From: Candidatus Moranbacteria bacterium CG_4_8_14_3_um_filter_41_13
Lineage (GTDB): Bacteria > Patescibacteriota > Minisyncoccia > Moranbacterales > UBA1568
DNA length: 39,967 nucleotides
NCBI GenBank assembly: GCA_002782305.1
Contig: PFHN01000070.1
Location: 1 to 39,967 of the forward strand
Reading direction: 5' to 3'
A model generated the notes under the pieces. The model made no database searches. It was not told the origin of the DNA and saw only the letters and a list, made by a program, of their open reading frames with translations. The translations under genes and the position numbers were made by a program. Shown in pieces: positions 8,159 through 18,629 of this stretch (position 1 is its first letter; each line of letters opens with the position of its first letter).

Positions 8159-8440
8159 TTATCTTACAGCTTCTTTAAGTGTCTTACCAGCAGTAAATTT
8201 TGGAACGGTCATTGCTGGGATAGTGATCTTAGCCTTTGTTTGTGGGTTGATACCTTCACGAGCAGCACGCTTCGAAACTTTGAATGTACCGAAGCCAGTG
8301 AGAGTTACTTTATTCCCTTTCGAGAGTTCTGCAGTGATTTCATCAATCATGCATTCAAGCATAGCTCCTACATCTTTCTTCGAAAACTCAGTTTTCTCTA
8401 CAATTGCGTGAACGAGTGTATCTTTGTTTATGTTGTTCAT
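8159..8440 (-). CDS. hup: HU family DNA-binding protein
   Basis: 93 aa with ...GFGTFKVSKRAAREGINPQTKAKITIPAMTVPKFTAGKTLKEAV. A GGTGA Shine-Dalgarno sequence precedes the ATG. Confidence 0.95.
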   Translation of the reverse strand: MNNINKDTLVHAIVEKTEFSKKDVGAMLECMIDEITAELSKGNKVTLTGFGTFKVSKRAAREGINPQTKAKITIPAMTVPKFTAGKTLKEAVR

Positions 8441-8630
8441 ATTCTCACCTGCCTTTCTAGTTTAGATCATTTACTCTCTTCCTCTTCCTACCAAAAGGAT
8501 GAGAAAGAAATAAAGATGCTAGTTATCAAACTCCTTCCTCTATTCTAAGCCATTATTTTTAAGAATGCAACCCCTAAGCCTTTTCTCATACATTTCATAG
8601 CGGAAAGGTCATTTTTCTATTCACATTTTT

Positions 8631-10163
8631 CTAACGAGCATACTCCACCGCCCTCATCTCACGGAAGACATTCACTTTGATTTCTCCTGGATATTTCAGT
8701 TCTTCTTCGATGCGTTTAGCAATATCACGAGCAAGTTTCATAGCACTCAAATCATCAGTCTTTTCTGGATTCACAAAAATACGCACTTCACGTCCTGCTT
8801 GGATGGCATACGATTTTTCCACTTCTGGGAATGTATTGATCAGTGCCTCAAGTTCTTCCAAACGCTTGATATATTTTTCTGCTGTTTCCTTGCGAGCACC
8901 AGGACGGGCAGCAGAGATAGCATCAGCAGCGGTCACGATAAATGATTCTGTTGTCTGATGAGGATATTCATCATGATGACATTTCATCGCATCAATAACA
9001 TTCTGTCCGATACCGAACTTCTCCAAAATACGCATACCAATTTTCACGTGCGTTCCTTCTATTTCGTGATCAACCGCTTTTCCAATATCATGGAGGAGTC
9101 CTGCCTTCTTCGCACACGCTACATCACACCCGAGTTCTGCCGCGAGCGCTCCAGCGAGGTATGACACTTCGAGAGAATGAAGAAGTACATTTTGCTTGTA
9201 ACTATAGCGATAACGGAGACGTCCTAATATATAGAGGAGTTTTGGATGAAGACCGGCAATACCAGCATCGTAGGCTGCAGACTCACCTGCTTCTTTGATT
9301 TTCGTATCGAGTTCTTTCTTTGCCTCTTCGACCGCTTCTTCGATGCGGGCTGGATGAATACGTCCATCAGAAACAAGTTTCTCCAGTGCGATGCGAGCAA
9401 TCTCACGACGTACAGGATCAAAACCAGAAATAATCACTGTTTCCGGTGTATCATCAACAATAAGCTCTACGCCTGTTTCTTTCTCCAAGGCCCTAATATT
9501 ACGTCCTTCTTTTCCGATAATTTTTCCTTTCACTTCATCAGATGGAATAGCGACGGTCGTTGTTGTAAATTCAGAGACATGCGAACGGGCATACTTCTGA
9601 ATAATGGTCGCCATAATATTGAGCGACTGCTTCTCGAGCTCTTCACGACTTTCATTCTCGAGTTTTGACATACGCTTCACGAGCGCATCTTTACTCTCCT
9701 CTTCGGCCAATGTAAACAATTTTTCTTCTGCTTCCTTGAGAGAAAGCTGGGCTAATTTTTCGAGACGGACGAGTTCTTCTTGATGGAGTTTTTCTGTCTC
9801 ATCACGAATAGCCCTAATTTCGTCAGCTTTTTGCATCAGACGTTGCTTCTCAGAAACAATCTCCTCTGCACCTTTTTCTGCCTGCATTTCCCTTTTTTCG
9901 AGACGCTCTTCTTGCAGAACAAGTTTTGCCTCACGAGTCTGCTCGTTTTTCTTCGCTTCCTCAAGAATGTCTACAGCTTTTTTCTTCGCTTCGACTGTGA
10001 TTTCCTTCACAGTAGTTTCTGCCTCAGACAGCATTTTTGCTGCTTGACCTTCGGCAGTAGAGAGTTGTCCTTTGGCAATATTTTGCCTAACAAGATATCC
10101 GACAAAGACCCCAACTACAAGGAGTACGAAGGGTACGATGACAGAGAATAAACCAAATGTCAT
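8631..10163 (-). CDS. rny: Ribonuclease Y
   Basis: N-terminal TM helix, long coiled-coil, KH domain ([15 protein letters not shown]) and HD domain ([12 protein letters not shown]). Confidence 0.95.
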   Translation of the reverse strand: MTFGLFSVIVPFVLLVVGVFVGYLVRQNIAKGQLSTAEGQAAKMLSEAETTVKEITVEAKKKAVDILEEAKKNEQTREAKLVLQEERLEKREMQAEKGAEEIVSEKQRLMQKADEIRAIRDETEKLHQEELVRLEKLAQLSLKEAEEKLFTLAEEESKDALVKRMSKLENESREELEKQSLNIMATIIQKYARSHVSEFTTTTVAIPSDEVKGKIIGKEGRNIRALEKETGVELIVDDTPETVIISGFDPVRREIARIALEKLVSDGRIHPARIEEAVEEAKKELDTKIKEAGESAAYDAGIAGLHPKLLYILGRLRYRYSYKQNVLLHSLEVSYLAGALAAELGCDVACAKKAGLLHDIGKAVDHEIEGTHVKIGMRILEKFGIGQNVIDAMKCHHDEYPHQTTESFIVTAADAISAARPGARKETAEKYIKRLEELEALINTFPEVEKSYAIQAGREVRIFVNPEKTDDLSAMKLARDIAKRIEEELKYPGEIKVNVFREMRAVEYAR

Positions 10164-10466
10164 ATGTGTATGATGCCGACAGATGATAGGGAGTAAGCAC
10201 GGCCAAAACCTTCTCTCTTATGAGATGGTTTATAATAAAAAGACGATTGGTGAAAAAATATTCCAACATAACGTTCCAGACAGTGCTCTTATTTTTCCTC
10301 ACTATCAAATTGAGGCAATAAATCAACTATTAAATACGTATGTTCATCATAGTCGCAGACAGGGCTTTTGTCAAAGAGAGAAGAATGCTATGATAAGAAA
10401 TATGAGAAGTGATCAAAGAAAATACACAGACACATCCCATTTTTTCCTTTTAATAAAAACAAAAAA

Positions 10467-12032
10467 ATGAATAGACCAATAGTCCTCATCGTCCTCGATG
10501 GCTGGGGAATCAGCAACAGTGTCATCGGTAATCCTATTAGAGAAGCGAGTCTTCCTACCTTCGATAAACTCAATCGTTTCTATCCTATGACCGCTCTCCA
10601 AGCGTCTGGTATTTCTGTGGGTCTTCCTTGGAACACGGCTGGCAATAGTGAGGTAGGTCATATGACAATAGGCGCTGGGAGAGTACTCTATCAGAATCTC
10701 CCTCGTATTTCACTCTCCATCCAAGATGGCAGTTTTTTCAAAAATGAAGCCCTTGTTCATGCGATACAAACTGCAAAAACAAACGGGAAAAAAGTACATA
10801 TTATGGGACTCCTCAGTTCCGGATCAGTACACTCCCATAAAGATCACATTACCGCTCTGCTCCGTCTAGGAAAAAATGAAGGTCTAGATCAGATGTACAT
10901 ACACGCCTTCACAGACGGCCGAGATTCAGCCCCTACGGCTGGTATTCAGCAATACAAGGAACTTGAACGCACCATTCGACTCCTAGGAATAGGCAAAGTA
11001 GCAAGTCTCAGTGGACGCAATTTTGCTATGGACAGGAACAATAACTGGGATCGTATCGAACTAGCATATTCTATGCTTACTAAGGGTTCAAAAGTTACTA
11101 CTAGTGACCCTATGCTTGTCTTTGAGGAAGCGTACGCAAAAAATATTTCTGATGAATACATCGAACCAATTAACCTCACAGAAAACGGGAAACCAATTGC
11201 TCTTATCGAAGAAGGTGACAGTGTTATATTTTTTAACTTTCGTGAAGATAGAGCGCGCGAACTCACTCAGGCTCTCGTGCTTCCTACTTTTGATGGCTTC
11301 GAAAGAACCAAACTGAATACTCAGTTTGTAACACTCACAGAATATGAAAGAGGATTACCCGTACAGGTAGCTTTCCCTCCCGAAGAAGTGAAACATTGCC
11401 TTGGTGAAGAACTGAGTTTACACAACCTGAAACAACTCCGTCTTGCTGAGACCGAAAAATACGCCCATGTAACCTATTTTTTCAATGGAGGGAATGAGAA
11501 ACCATTTCCAGGAGAAGACCGAGTCCTTATCCCCTCTCCTGCTACCTCACATTTTGATGAAATACCCGAGATGAGTTCTCCAAAAATTACCGAGACACTC
11601 CTAAACGCTCTCAAAGAAAATACGTACGACTTTATTCTCGTCAATTATGCCAATCCTGATATGGTCGCACATACTGGTAATGAAGAAGCATCCATCGAGG
11701 CCGTCGAAGCCACAGACAAAACCCTTTCTTTACTTATTCCCACTATCCTCAAGGCAGGCGGAGTGATACTTATGACCGCTGATCATGGCAACGTCGAGGA
11801 ACTCAAAAGAGTCAGCACCGGAGAAGTAGATACCGAACACTCCACTAATCCTGTCCCTCTCTGGTATATCACTCCTGATAACCATCGTGAGAAAAGTGCC
11901 GAAGTGATGATGCGAGAACAAAGTGAAGTTAATGGACTCCTTTCGGATATCGCTCCTACGGTACTGGCCATTATGGGCATTGAAAAACCAGAAGAGATGA
12001 ATGGAAGTAGTTTGCTCCCAGTACTCAAATAA
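10467..12032 (+). CDS. gpmI: 2,3-bisphosphoglycerate-independent phosphoglycerate mutase
   Basis: 521 aa with LIVLDGWGIS ... GNSEVGHMTIGAGR ... ADHGN motifs. Confidence 0.95.
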   Translation: MNRPIVLIVLDGWGISNSVIGNPIREASLPTFDKLNRFYPMTALQASGISVGLPWNTAGNSEVGHMTIGAGRVLYQNLPRISLSIQDGSFFKNEALVHAIQTAKTNGKKVHIMGLLSSGSVHSHKDHITALLRLGKNEGLDQMYIHAFTDGRDSAPTAGIQQYKELERTIRLLGIGKVASLSGRNFAMDRNNNWDRIELAYSMLTKGSKVTTSDPMLVFEEAYAKNISDEYIEPINLTENGKPIALIEEGDSVIFFNFREDRARELTQALVLPTFDGFERTKLNTQFVTLTEYERGLPVQVAFPPEEVKHCLGEELSLHNLKQLRLAETEKYAHVTYFFNGGNEKPFPGEDRVLIPSPATSHFDEIPEMSSPKITETLLNALKENTYDFILVNYANPDMVAHTGNEEASIEAVEATDKTLSLLIPTILKAGGVILMTADHGNVEELKRVSTGEVDTEHSTNPVPLWYITPDNHREKSAEVMMREQSEVNGLLSDIAPTVLAIMGIEKPEEMNGSSLLPVLK

Positions 12033-12063
12033 AAAAGAGACCCTCTATTCGGGTCCTTTTTTT
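12031..12063. terminator. Bidirectional intrinsic terminator between gpmI and clpP
   Basis: A run, GACCC-N7-GGGTC, then T run. Lies between convergent stops. Confidence 0.65.
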
Positions 12064-12074
12064 GTTTCATTTTA

Positions 12075-12659
12075 TTACTGAATCACTTTATCGACGATAC
12101 CATATTTCAGAGCCTCCTCTGCACTCATAAAGTAATCACGTTCTGTATCTTCTTCAATCTTCTGCAGTTTCTTCCCTGTATGTTTGGCAAGAATTTTGTT
12201 CAAACGATCACGGGTCTTCAAAATATGCCGAGCATGGATATCGATATCGGTTGCTTGTCCCGATGCACCACCGAGTACCTGATGAATCATCACTTCGCTG
12301 TTCGGCAAAGCGAGTCTTTTCCCTTTTTTCCCAGAAGCAAGAAGGAGGGCCGCAGCCGACGCTGCCATACCGATACAAATAGTCTGAATATCCGGCTTCA
12401 CATACTGCATCGTGTCATAAATAGCGAGCGCTGAAGTAACTGATCCTCCAGGAGAATTGATATACATCTTGATATCCTCTCTCGCATTTTGCGATTCAAG
12501 AAAAAGGAGCTGAGCAATAACGGCGTTGGCGAGTCCGTCGTCAATCGGTGATCCAATGAAGACGATACGATCTTTGAGCAAACGGGAATAAATATCGTAT
12601 GCTCTTTCACCAAAGCTCGTTTTCTCTACTACCATCGGAATAAGGTATTGATTCTTCAT
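12075..12659 (-). CDS. clpP: ATP-dependent Clp protease proteolytic subunit
   Basis: 194 aa with ...[20 protein letters not shown] ... [11 protein letters not shown] ... MIHQ catalytic-triad context. Confidence 0.96.
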   Translation of the reverse strand: MKNQYLIPMVVEKTSFGERAYDIYSRLLKDRIVFIGSPIDDGLANAVIAQLLFLESQNAREDIKMYINSPGGSVTSALAIYDTMQYVKPDIQTICIGMAASAAALLLASGKKGKRLALPNSEVMIHQVLGGASGQATDIDIHARHILKTRDRLNKILAKHTGKKLQKIEEDTERDYFMSAEEALKYGIVDKVIQ

Positions 12660-12674
12660 ACTTGCAAATATTAC

Positions 12675-13964
12675 TTACAATTTTTCTAAGAAATTGAATG
12701 TTTTTTCATTACGGAGCTGTCCTTGTACAGCACTATAAAGACGTTCCATATCGATATTTTTCTCTACATCCTTAATATCCTTGTAACTCTGAAGAGTTCT
12801 ATTCATTTCTGCTTCAATCTCCTGACTATCAACATCAATGTCCTGATCTTTGGCAAGGTGTACTAGTATGAGATGTGCTGCCAAGCGTTTCTTCGCTTGA
12901 GGCAACCACTCTTTCTTCAAGTCATCTTCTGTCTTCTTCATCTGTGTCAGATAATCAACAAACTGTAGCCCCATAGATTCTACTTGAGCACCGAATTCAC
13001 GTATCATACGCACTTGTTCTTCTTCGACAAGTATATCGGGATATTCAAGCTCTGCTTTTCCTACCAAACTATCGAGAATATGTGCACGATGGTCTTCCTT
13101 GCTTTTTACTTTCTTCTCTTCGAGCATACCCTTTCGCATATTCTCCTTCAATACTTCCAATGTTTCGAAGTCCCCCAAACTCTTCGCAAATTCATCATCA
13201 ATGGGTGCAACAACACGCTCTTGTACGATGCCCAACTTCACTTGGAAAGTAGCCGGTTTTCCAGCAAGATGTTTCGCATGATATTCCTTTGGAAAATGAA
13301 GTTCAAACTCTTTTTCTTCTCCCTCTTTCATACCAACCAGATTTTCTTCGAAACCAGGAATAAACACTCCTTTACCAAGTACGAGTGGATGTTTTTCGCT
13401 TTTACCATTTTCAATCAGCACTCCATTTTGCAAAACAGAAAAATCTACCAAAACATTATCGCTAAGTTTGGCTTCACGGTTCACCGTCACAAGTTTCGCT
13501 CTCATCTCAGCAAGTTTCGTGAGCTCTGCTTCAATATCTTTATCGTCTATAACGTCTTCCTTCTTTACAAAATCCGCGTTCAATTTTTTGATGTCTTTCT
13601 CCCACGATGTGAGCGTAACTTCAGGCATCACGACAGTTGTCACGGTATATTCAAATGGTTTTTCCAAAACAATAGTACCAAGCTTCACATCAGGACGTCC
13701 GATAGCATCGATTTTCTGCTCTTCGAGAGCTTTTGCATATGAATGACTGACGACATGTTCAGCAGATTCCATCAAAAGAGCTTCCTTGCCAAAACGCTTT
13801 TCTACCATATCACGAGGAGCTTTACCTGGTCTGAAACCAGAAACTTTCACTTCTTTGGCAAGATGCTCTGTCGCATGGTCAAGCTCATCTTTCCATTCTT
13901 CCCAAGGAAGAGAGATAGAAAGTTCTACTTTTGAAGCTGGGAGTTTTTTTACAGTTACGTGCAT
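12675..13964 (-). CDS. tig: Trigger factor
   Basis: N-terminal ribosome-binding region GFRPGKAPRDMVEKRFG and a central PPIase-like domain. Adjacent to clpP. Confidence 0.93.
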   Translation of the reverse strand: MHVTVKKLPASKVELSISLPWEEWKDELDHATEHLAKEVKVSGFRPGKAPRDMVEKRFGKEALLMESAEHVVSHSYAKALEEQKIDAIGRPDVKLGTIVLEKPFEYTVTTVVMPEVTLTSWEKDIKKLNADFVKKEDVIDDKDIEAELTKLAEMRAKLVTVNREAKLSDNVLVDFSVLQNGVLIENGKSEKHPLVLGKGVFIPGFEENLVGMKEGEEKEFELHFPKEYHAKHLAGKPATFQVKLGIVQERVVAPIDDEFAKSLGDFETLEVLKENMRKGMLEEKKVKSKEDHRAHILDSLVGKAELEYPDILVEEEQVRMIREFGAQVESMGLQFVDYLTQMKKTEDDLKKEWLPQAKKRLAAHLILVHLAKDQDIDVDSQEIEAEMNRTLQSYKDIKDVEKNIDMERLYSAVQGQLRNEKTFNFLEKL

Positions 13965-14000
13965 ATAATAATAATCAATCCTATTAGAATGGAGAATACT

Positions 14001-14537
14001 TTACTTACTTTCTGAAAATTTATCACGATACATCTTGAGACCTTTCTTCACAGCGATAAGAGCATCTTTCTTTCCATGAAATCCCTTAATAACAACTTTC
14101 TTTCCCTCGATAGATTTGTAAGTTTCAAAAAAATGTTGCATTTCTTTCAGGGTGTGTTTGTTGATATCACTCAAATTTCTGACTTCATCGAAACGTGGAT
14201 CATTTTTTGGTACCGCGATAATTTTGTCATCACTATCACCGCAATCAATCATTGTCATAATCCCTACTGGTCTTGCTTCAACGAGGATACCAGGAAACAA
14301 AGGGTATGTAGTGAGGAGCACAACATCAAGAGCGTCTCCATCATCCCACAAACTTTGTGGCACAAATCCATAATCAAATGGATAATCCTGAGCTGTTTTC
14401 ATCGCACGATCGAGTTTGATAAGACCTGTTGCCTTGTCAATTTCATATTTATTCTTCGTACCTTTTGGACATTCAATGATGACATTAATAACATTTGGAA
14501 CATCCTCCCCCGCACTGATTTCTTTCCACAAATTCAT
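14001..14537 (-). CDS. ppa: Inorganic pyrophosphatase (family I)
   Basis: IIECPKGTKNKYEID ... DGDALDVVLL ... DDKIIAV motifs. Confidence 0.93.
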   Translation of the reverse strand: MNLWKEISAGEDVPNVINVIIECPKGTKNKYEIDKATGLIKLDRAMKTAQDYPFDYGFVPQSLWDDGDALDVVLLTTYPLFPGILVEARPVGIMTMIDCGDSDDKIIAVPKNDPRFDEVRNLSDINKHTLKEMQHFFETYKSIEGKKVVIKGFHGKKDALIAVKKGLKMYRDKFSESK

Positions 14538-14574
14538 ATGAGTAGAGTTATATAACTAATTATTTTTTGAGATG

Positions 14575-15849
14575 TTATTTCTCTTCTAACGATACTTCAT
14601 CATCACTAGAAATTACTTCTGGCATATCCTCAGATGGTGTTTCGATTGCCTCTGCTTCTTCGCTCGTTACGTCAATTTTATACCCAGTCAGTTTGGCTGC
14701 TAAACGCACGTTTTGTCCACGTTTCCCAATAGCCAGTGAGAGCTGATCAGCAGGAACTATCACAATCGCCTTCTTCTCTTCTTCAGAGATTTTTACTGAA
14801 AGCACTTTCGATGGCGCCAGGGCAGCACTGATGAATTTCTCTGGATTTTCATTCCATTCAATAATATCTATCTTCTCTCCTCCAAGTTCATCAATGATAG
14901 CTTGGACACGAGTCCCTTTTTGTCCCACACATGAACCAATCGGATCAACTCCTTCCTCAGCGGAGAAAACAGCAATCTTCGTACGAGAACCAGCTTCACG
15001 TGCGAGCGCCTTCACTTCTACCGTACCCGTAAAGATTTCTGGTACTTCGAGTGAAAACAGATGCCTCACCATTTCAGGATGAGCTCTCGAGAGAAGCAGT
15101 CCTGGTCCTTTTGTATCAGATTCAACACGCGCCAGAAAAACTTTCAGGTGCTGACCAACATGATAGTTCTCACCTTCAATTTGTTCAGAAGGAAAAAGAA
15201 TCCCTACTGATTTTCCAAGATCGACAAAAACATTTCGTCCTTCAACGCGTTGAATGATGCCGTTTACGACTTGTCCTTCTTTTTCTTTGTACTCAGTAAA
15301 CATCGATTCACGTTCGGCTTCACGAATACGCTGAATGATAACCTGCTTCGCTGTTTGTGCGGCCACTCTTCCAAAGGAATCATGACTTTCGAGAGGCATC
15401 TCAATCGTTTCACCAAGTGCTATGCTCTTCTTTATTTTCTTGGCTTCTGCAAGGAGGATATCTCGCTCTGCGTTGAAACGTGGGAGACGATCTTCATCTT
15501 CTACGGCGTCTTCTTTGATTTCTTCTTTTCCTTCTTCTTTATTTTCTTCTTCTCCTTCTGGCACTTCTTCGACAAACTCACGCACTGTTTCATCAACCAC
15601 TTCTTTTACGAGGAAAAAATTCGCTTCTTTTTTCACTTCATCAAAAACAGCTTTGATGATCTGTCCTTTCTTTCCGTAATCCTTCTTATAGGCAGCAGCC
15701 AAAGCAGCCTCCACTACTTCAAGCACTCGCTCTTTGGAAATACCTTTTTCTTCGGCAATCTGCATAACAGCGCTTCCAAATTCTCCCAGACGACCTGAAA
15801 GACTTCCTTCTTCATTCTCTACTACCTCGACTACTTTTTTCTTTGCCAT
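14575..15849 (-). CDS. nusA: Transcription termination/antitermination factor NusA
   Basis: N-terminal domain, S1 domain (VVNGIIQRVEGRNVFVDLG) and two KH domains (GSRTKIAV..., IGKRGQNVRLAAKLTG). An acidic insert follows the N-terminal domain. Confidence 0.93.
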   Translation of the reverse strand: MAKKKVVEVVENEEGSLSGRLGEFGSAVMQIAEEKGISKERVLEVVEAALAAAYKKDYGKKGQIIKAVFDEVKKEANFFLVKEVVDETVREFVEEVPEGEEENKEEGKEEIKEDAVEDEDRLPRFNAERDILLAEAKKIKKSIALGETIEMPLESHDSFGRVAAQTAKQVIIQRIREAERESMFTEYKEKEGQVVNGIIQRVEGRNVFVDLGKSVGILFPSEQIEGENYHVGQHLKVFLARVESDTKGPGLLLSRAHPEMVRHLFSLEVPEIFTGTVEVKALAREAGSRTKIAVFSAEEGVDPIGSCVGQKGTRVQAIIDELGGEKIDIIEWNENPEKFISAALAPSKVLSVKISEEEKKAIVIVPADQLSLAIGKRGQNVRLAAKLTGYKIDVTSEEAEAIETPSEDMPEVISSDDEVSLEEK

Positions 15850-15887
15850 AAAAATATCTATAAATTATAAGTGAGCAAAATGTGAAT

Positions 15888-15912
15888 AAAAAAAGCTCGC
15901 CGTACGCGAACT
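15888..15912 (-). terminator. Intrinsic terminator downstream of the VanZ-like gene
   Basis: Minus strand AGTTCGC-GTACG-GCGAGCT (one mismatch) followed by a T7 run. Confidence 0.5.
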
Positions 15913-15977
15913 CCCATAACCACTCATTGCACCTTCTCGTTCATTATAGAGCATAAAACCATTTTTGTCAACAAGAG

Positions 15978-16385
15978 TTATGGTTTTTTCCCTTGTTTAC
16001 AGTATAAAACAAAAAAGAGACTCGCAGTCACCAGGACGCTCACACTATCGATAAGGACATCACTCATACGTGCTCCTCTATAGGGGACAAAAAACTGATG
16101 AAGCTCATCGGTCATAGCATACATGATAGAAAAGAAGCTCGAGAGAAGAAGTACACGAAACAAAGACTCCTTAGGGAAAATGCCTCGGAAAAAAGAGAGA
16201 GAAAGAAGAAGCAGTATAGCATATTCAAACACGTGAGCCCCCTTACGCTCAAGATAATACCATAGCGGTGGATCAAATGCCTGAGAGCTTCCCTGCATCG
16301 TAGAAAAAGAAAAAATCACTCCCATCCAGAGAAGAAGAGTGAGCGTGCGCCACAGCATACTCTGTTTCCGAAAATAAAGCGCCAT
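15978..16385 (-). CDS. VanZ-like family membrane protein
   Basis: Four TM segments with the VanZ-type motif MTDELHQFFVPYRGARMSDVLIDS. Start placed at internal ATG 16385, since the upstream 30 codons are basic filler. Confidence 0.7.
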   Translation of the reverse strand: MALYFRKQSMLWRTLTLLLWMGVIFSFSTMQGSSQAFDPPLWYYLERKGAHVFEYAILLLLSLSFFRGIFPKESLFRVLLLSSFFSIMYAMTDELHQFFVPYRGARMSDVLIDSVSVLVTASLFFVLYCKQGKKP

Positions 16386-16515
16386 ACAAAAAAAGGTAAT
16401 TATTCTTTTTCTTTGTTCCTTTCGCCAAGTTCTTTGATGAGTTCGAAGAAAGCATAAAAAGGAAGCCATAGCCACAAAGTTTTTTTCAAAAAATTGTCAA
16501 GAAAAGCGTTTAGGT

Positions 16516-17238
16516 TCATAGGTTTGCTTTATGGTAACATTCTTCATTGATTTCGTAAACTACATCTTTCTTTTCCACTACTATTTTCCAACCCTCTTTT
16601 TCGGCTAAAGTTTTGAGATTCTGATTAGGATTGAAGGCTATCGGATGTTCTACAAGCTTGAGAAAACTGCCGTCAGACTCTGTATCACCGATACCGTATG
16701 AACCTTCGAAAGTGAGTTTGTGTTCATAGACATATTGTTCCACTACCTGACCCTTGTTACATGATGGTTCAAATGATGCCTCGCCAGTATATTTCCCCTC
16801 TGCATCGAGTGCGTAGACACTCCCGAAAACATTTTCAAACTTGAGATACTGCTTGTTGTATTCTTCAACAACTTCAATCGGTGAACCAGAAACAGCGATG
16901 ATATGATACCCTTCTTTACGCAGTTTTTTCATCAATTTCTCTGCGTAAATATAGGTCCGCTTCGCATGGAAAGGAATAAGTATCTGACACGCTTTGAATA
17001 CTTCTTTCTGTGAACAACCCTTGATATGTTCTGAATAGAGAGTCACCAGAGCCTTTCGATAATCCTCATAGGTGCCTTTGTGCTCGAGCCAACCACTGTA
17101 TACTTCTATGAGTTTATTCCGAGCCTCCACAGAAAAGATTTTCATCCAAGCGAGTTCGTTGATGAGTTCGAAATGCAGATTTTTACGAAAGATAGTTCCG
17201 TCAATATCAAAAATAGCGATCTTATTTTTCTTTATCAT
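16516..17238 (-). CDS. HAD-superfamily hydrolase (subfamily IB, phosphoserine phosphatase-like)
   Basis: Motif I IAIFDIDGTIF, motif II VSGSP, motif IV GIGDTESD. Confidence 0.8.
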   Translation of the reverse strand: MIKKNKIAIFDIDGTIFRKNLHFELINELAWMKIFSVEARNKLIEVYSGWLEHKGTYEDYRKALVTLYSEHIKGCSQKEVFKACQILIPFHAKRTYIYAEKLMKKLRKEGYHIIAVSGSPIEVVEEYNKQYLKFENVFGSVYALDAEGKYTGEASFEPSCNKGQVVEQYVYEHKLTFEGSYGIGDTESDGSFLKLVEHPIAFNPNQNLKTLAEKEGWKIVVEKKDVVYEINEECYHKANL

Positions 17239-17246
17239 ACGTATAA

Positions 17247-18617
17247 TTATGCAACAAATTTTTTCAGATGCAGATTAAAGTGCGATCCTACCCCTTCAAT
17301 ACTTTCTACCGTAATATCGCCCTTCATCTGACGAGCGATTTCACGAGAGATCCACAGTCCGAGTCCAGTACCAGAAATCTTGGATGTTTCATCGGTTTTC
17401 ACGCGATAAAACTTTGCGAACAGATGATCTATGCCTTCCGGTGAAATACCGAGTCCTGTATCCGCTACGATAACCAGGAGATTACCATCACTCTCTTCTT
17501 TCACCGAGAGAGTGACACTCCCCTTGAGCGTATATTTCACGGCATTGCCAACGAGATTGATGAGTATCTGTTTCAAGCGTTCTGGATCAGCTGATACGAA
17601 GAGAGAATCTATAGGCACATAATGGAAATCGAGTCCTTTACTCTTTGCCAGGAGAGAAAACTGAGCACTAATTTCTGCGAAAGTCGGTTTCAAATCAACT
17701 GATTGCATCGTAATAGGGAGACGATTCTGTTCCAGCCTTGAGACATTCAAAATATCTTCTACGAGATCATTGAGGCGCATCAGTGATCCGTCCATATTGC
17801 TCAGATATTCTTCGGATTGTTTCTTCGATTCTTCAGTTGCGGGACCTCTCACATCATCTTTCAAGAGATCTACATAACCACGAAGGACCGTGATAGGTGT
17901 TTTCAGCTCGTGACTGGCCATCGAAATGAAATCGTCTTTCATATGATCGACTTCTTCCAGCTTCGTGACACGGAGTGCATAATGAAAGAAACGCATATGA
18001 TTCATCAGGAGCAGTACCACACAAACAAGAGAAACAACAGCTACCATATAAGACTGAAAGATAGCCTTTTCCACGAATGTATCGTGTTCTTTGATGGAAA
18101 GTTGAAAAACAATAAGACCGAGACCTCGTCCTTCTTCATCAGTAATCTTCTTCACGACATTCCAATACCGAGCACCATTCTCATTCGTAAGAAAAGCAAG
18201 CGTCACATTTCCATCCTGCCAAGGAATCAAGTATGGAGTAAGAGCGGTATCAATCGGCTTCCCTATAGAATCAGGATTGGTTGATGCTCTTGTGACAAAA
18301 GAAGCGTCGCTCTCACTTCTTGTGAGAATAACGAGCTCAGCAATATCTCTTTTATTTTCTGACTGCAACTGCATGATTCTTTCTTGCAAGAGCTCTGGCT
18401 GAGAGAAGAGATCTTTCCCGAGCACACGGAAAACATTTTCAGCAAGAATAGCCTTGCTCTTGAGAAGGGCATCAGAAGTATCTTGGAATTTATTCAAAGA
18501 ATAATACGTATTCCCAAAAAGCGCTCCTGCTATAACAACAATCAAGACAACTGAGTAGAGAATGGTCGGATTTTTCTTTGTAAATTCTATGCCTTTCTGT
18601 ATCGATTGAAGCAACAT
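17247..18617 (-). CDS. Sensor histidine kinase (no cognate response regulator in the window)
   Basis: Two TM segments flank a periplasmic-type domain. H-box SHELKTPITVLRGY plus N, G1 and G2 boxes (NLVGNAVKYT, DTGLGI, GTGLGL). Confidence 0.9.
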   Translation of the reverse strand: MLLQSIQKGIEFTKKNPTILYSVVLIVVIAGALFGNTYYSLNKFQDTSDALLKSKAILAENVFRVLGKDLFSQPELLQERIMQLQSENKRDIAELVILTRSESDASFVTRASTNPDSIGKPIDTALTPYLIPWQDGNVTLAFLTNENGARYWNVVKKITDEEGRGLGLIVFQLSIKEHDTFVEKAIFQSYMVAVVSLVCVVLLLMNHMRFFHYALRVTKLEEVDHMKDDFISMASHELKTPITVLRGYVDLLKDDVRGPATEESKKQSEEYLSNMDGSLMRLNDLVEDILNVSRLEQNRLPITMQSVDLKPTFAEISAQFSLLAKSKGLDFHYVPIDSLFVSADPERLKQILINLVGNAVKYTLKGSVTLSVKEESDGNLLVIVADTGLGISPEGIDHLFAKFYRVKTDETSKISGTGLGLWISREIARQMKGDITVESIEGVGSHFNLHLKKFVA

Positions 18618-18629
18618 TTCATCTGTTCT

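Noticed and set aside
10164-10466. 303-nt divergent intergenic region between rny and gpmI, with small ORFs 10183..10470, 10087..10326 and 10388..10573, as a possible ncRNA or small-protein locus
   Set aside because: I found no convincing extended structure, no repeat-family match and no coding signature. The region most simply holds divergent promoters (for example TTGTCA ... TATGAT upstream of gpmI). It cannot be excluded without a covariance-model search.
12984-13742. 252-aa plus-strand ORF antisense to tig. Similar long antisense or shadow ORFs occur at 15250..15798 (nusA), 9246..9668 (rny), 17817..18284 (kinase), 36266..36721 (sufS), 34082..34507 (sufB, alternative frame), 21192..21602 (glycosidase) and 958..1356 (gyrB).
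   Set aside because: Each lies entirely inside a confidently identified gene on the other strand or in another frame. Their translations are low-complexity (F/S/L/R-rich) with no recognisable motifs, which is typical of shadow ORFs in AT-rich, stop-poor antisense frames.
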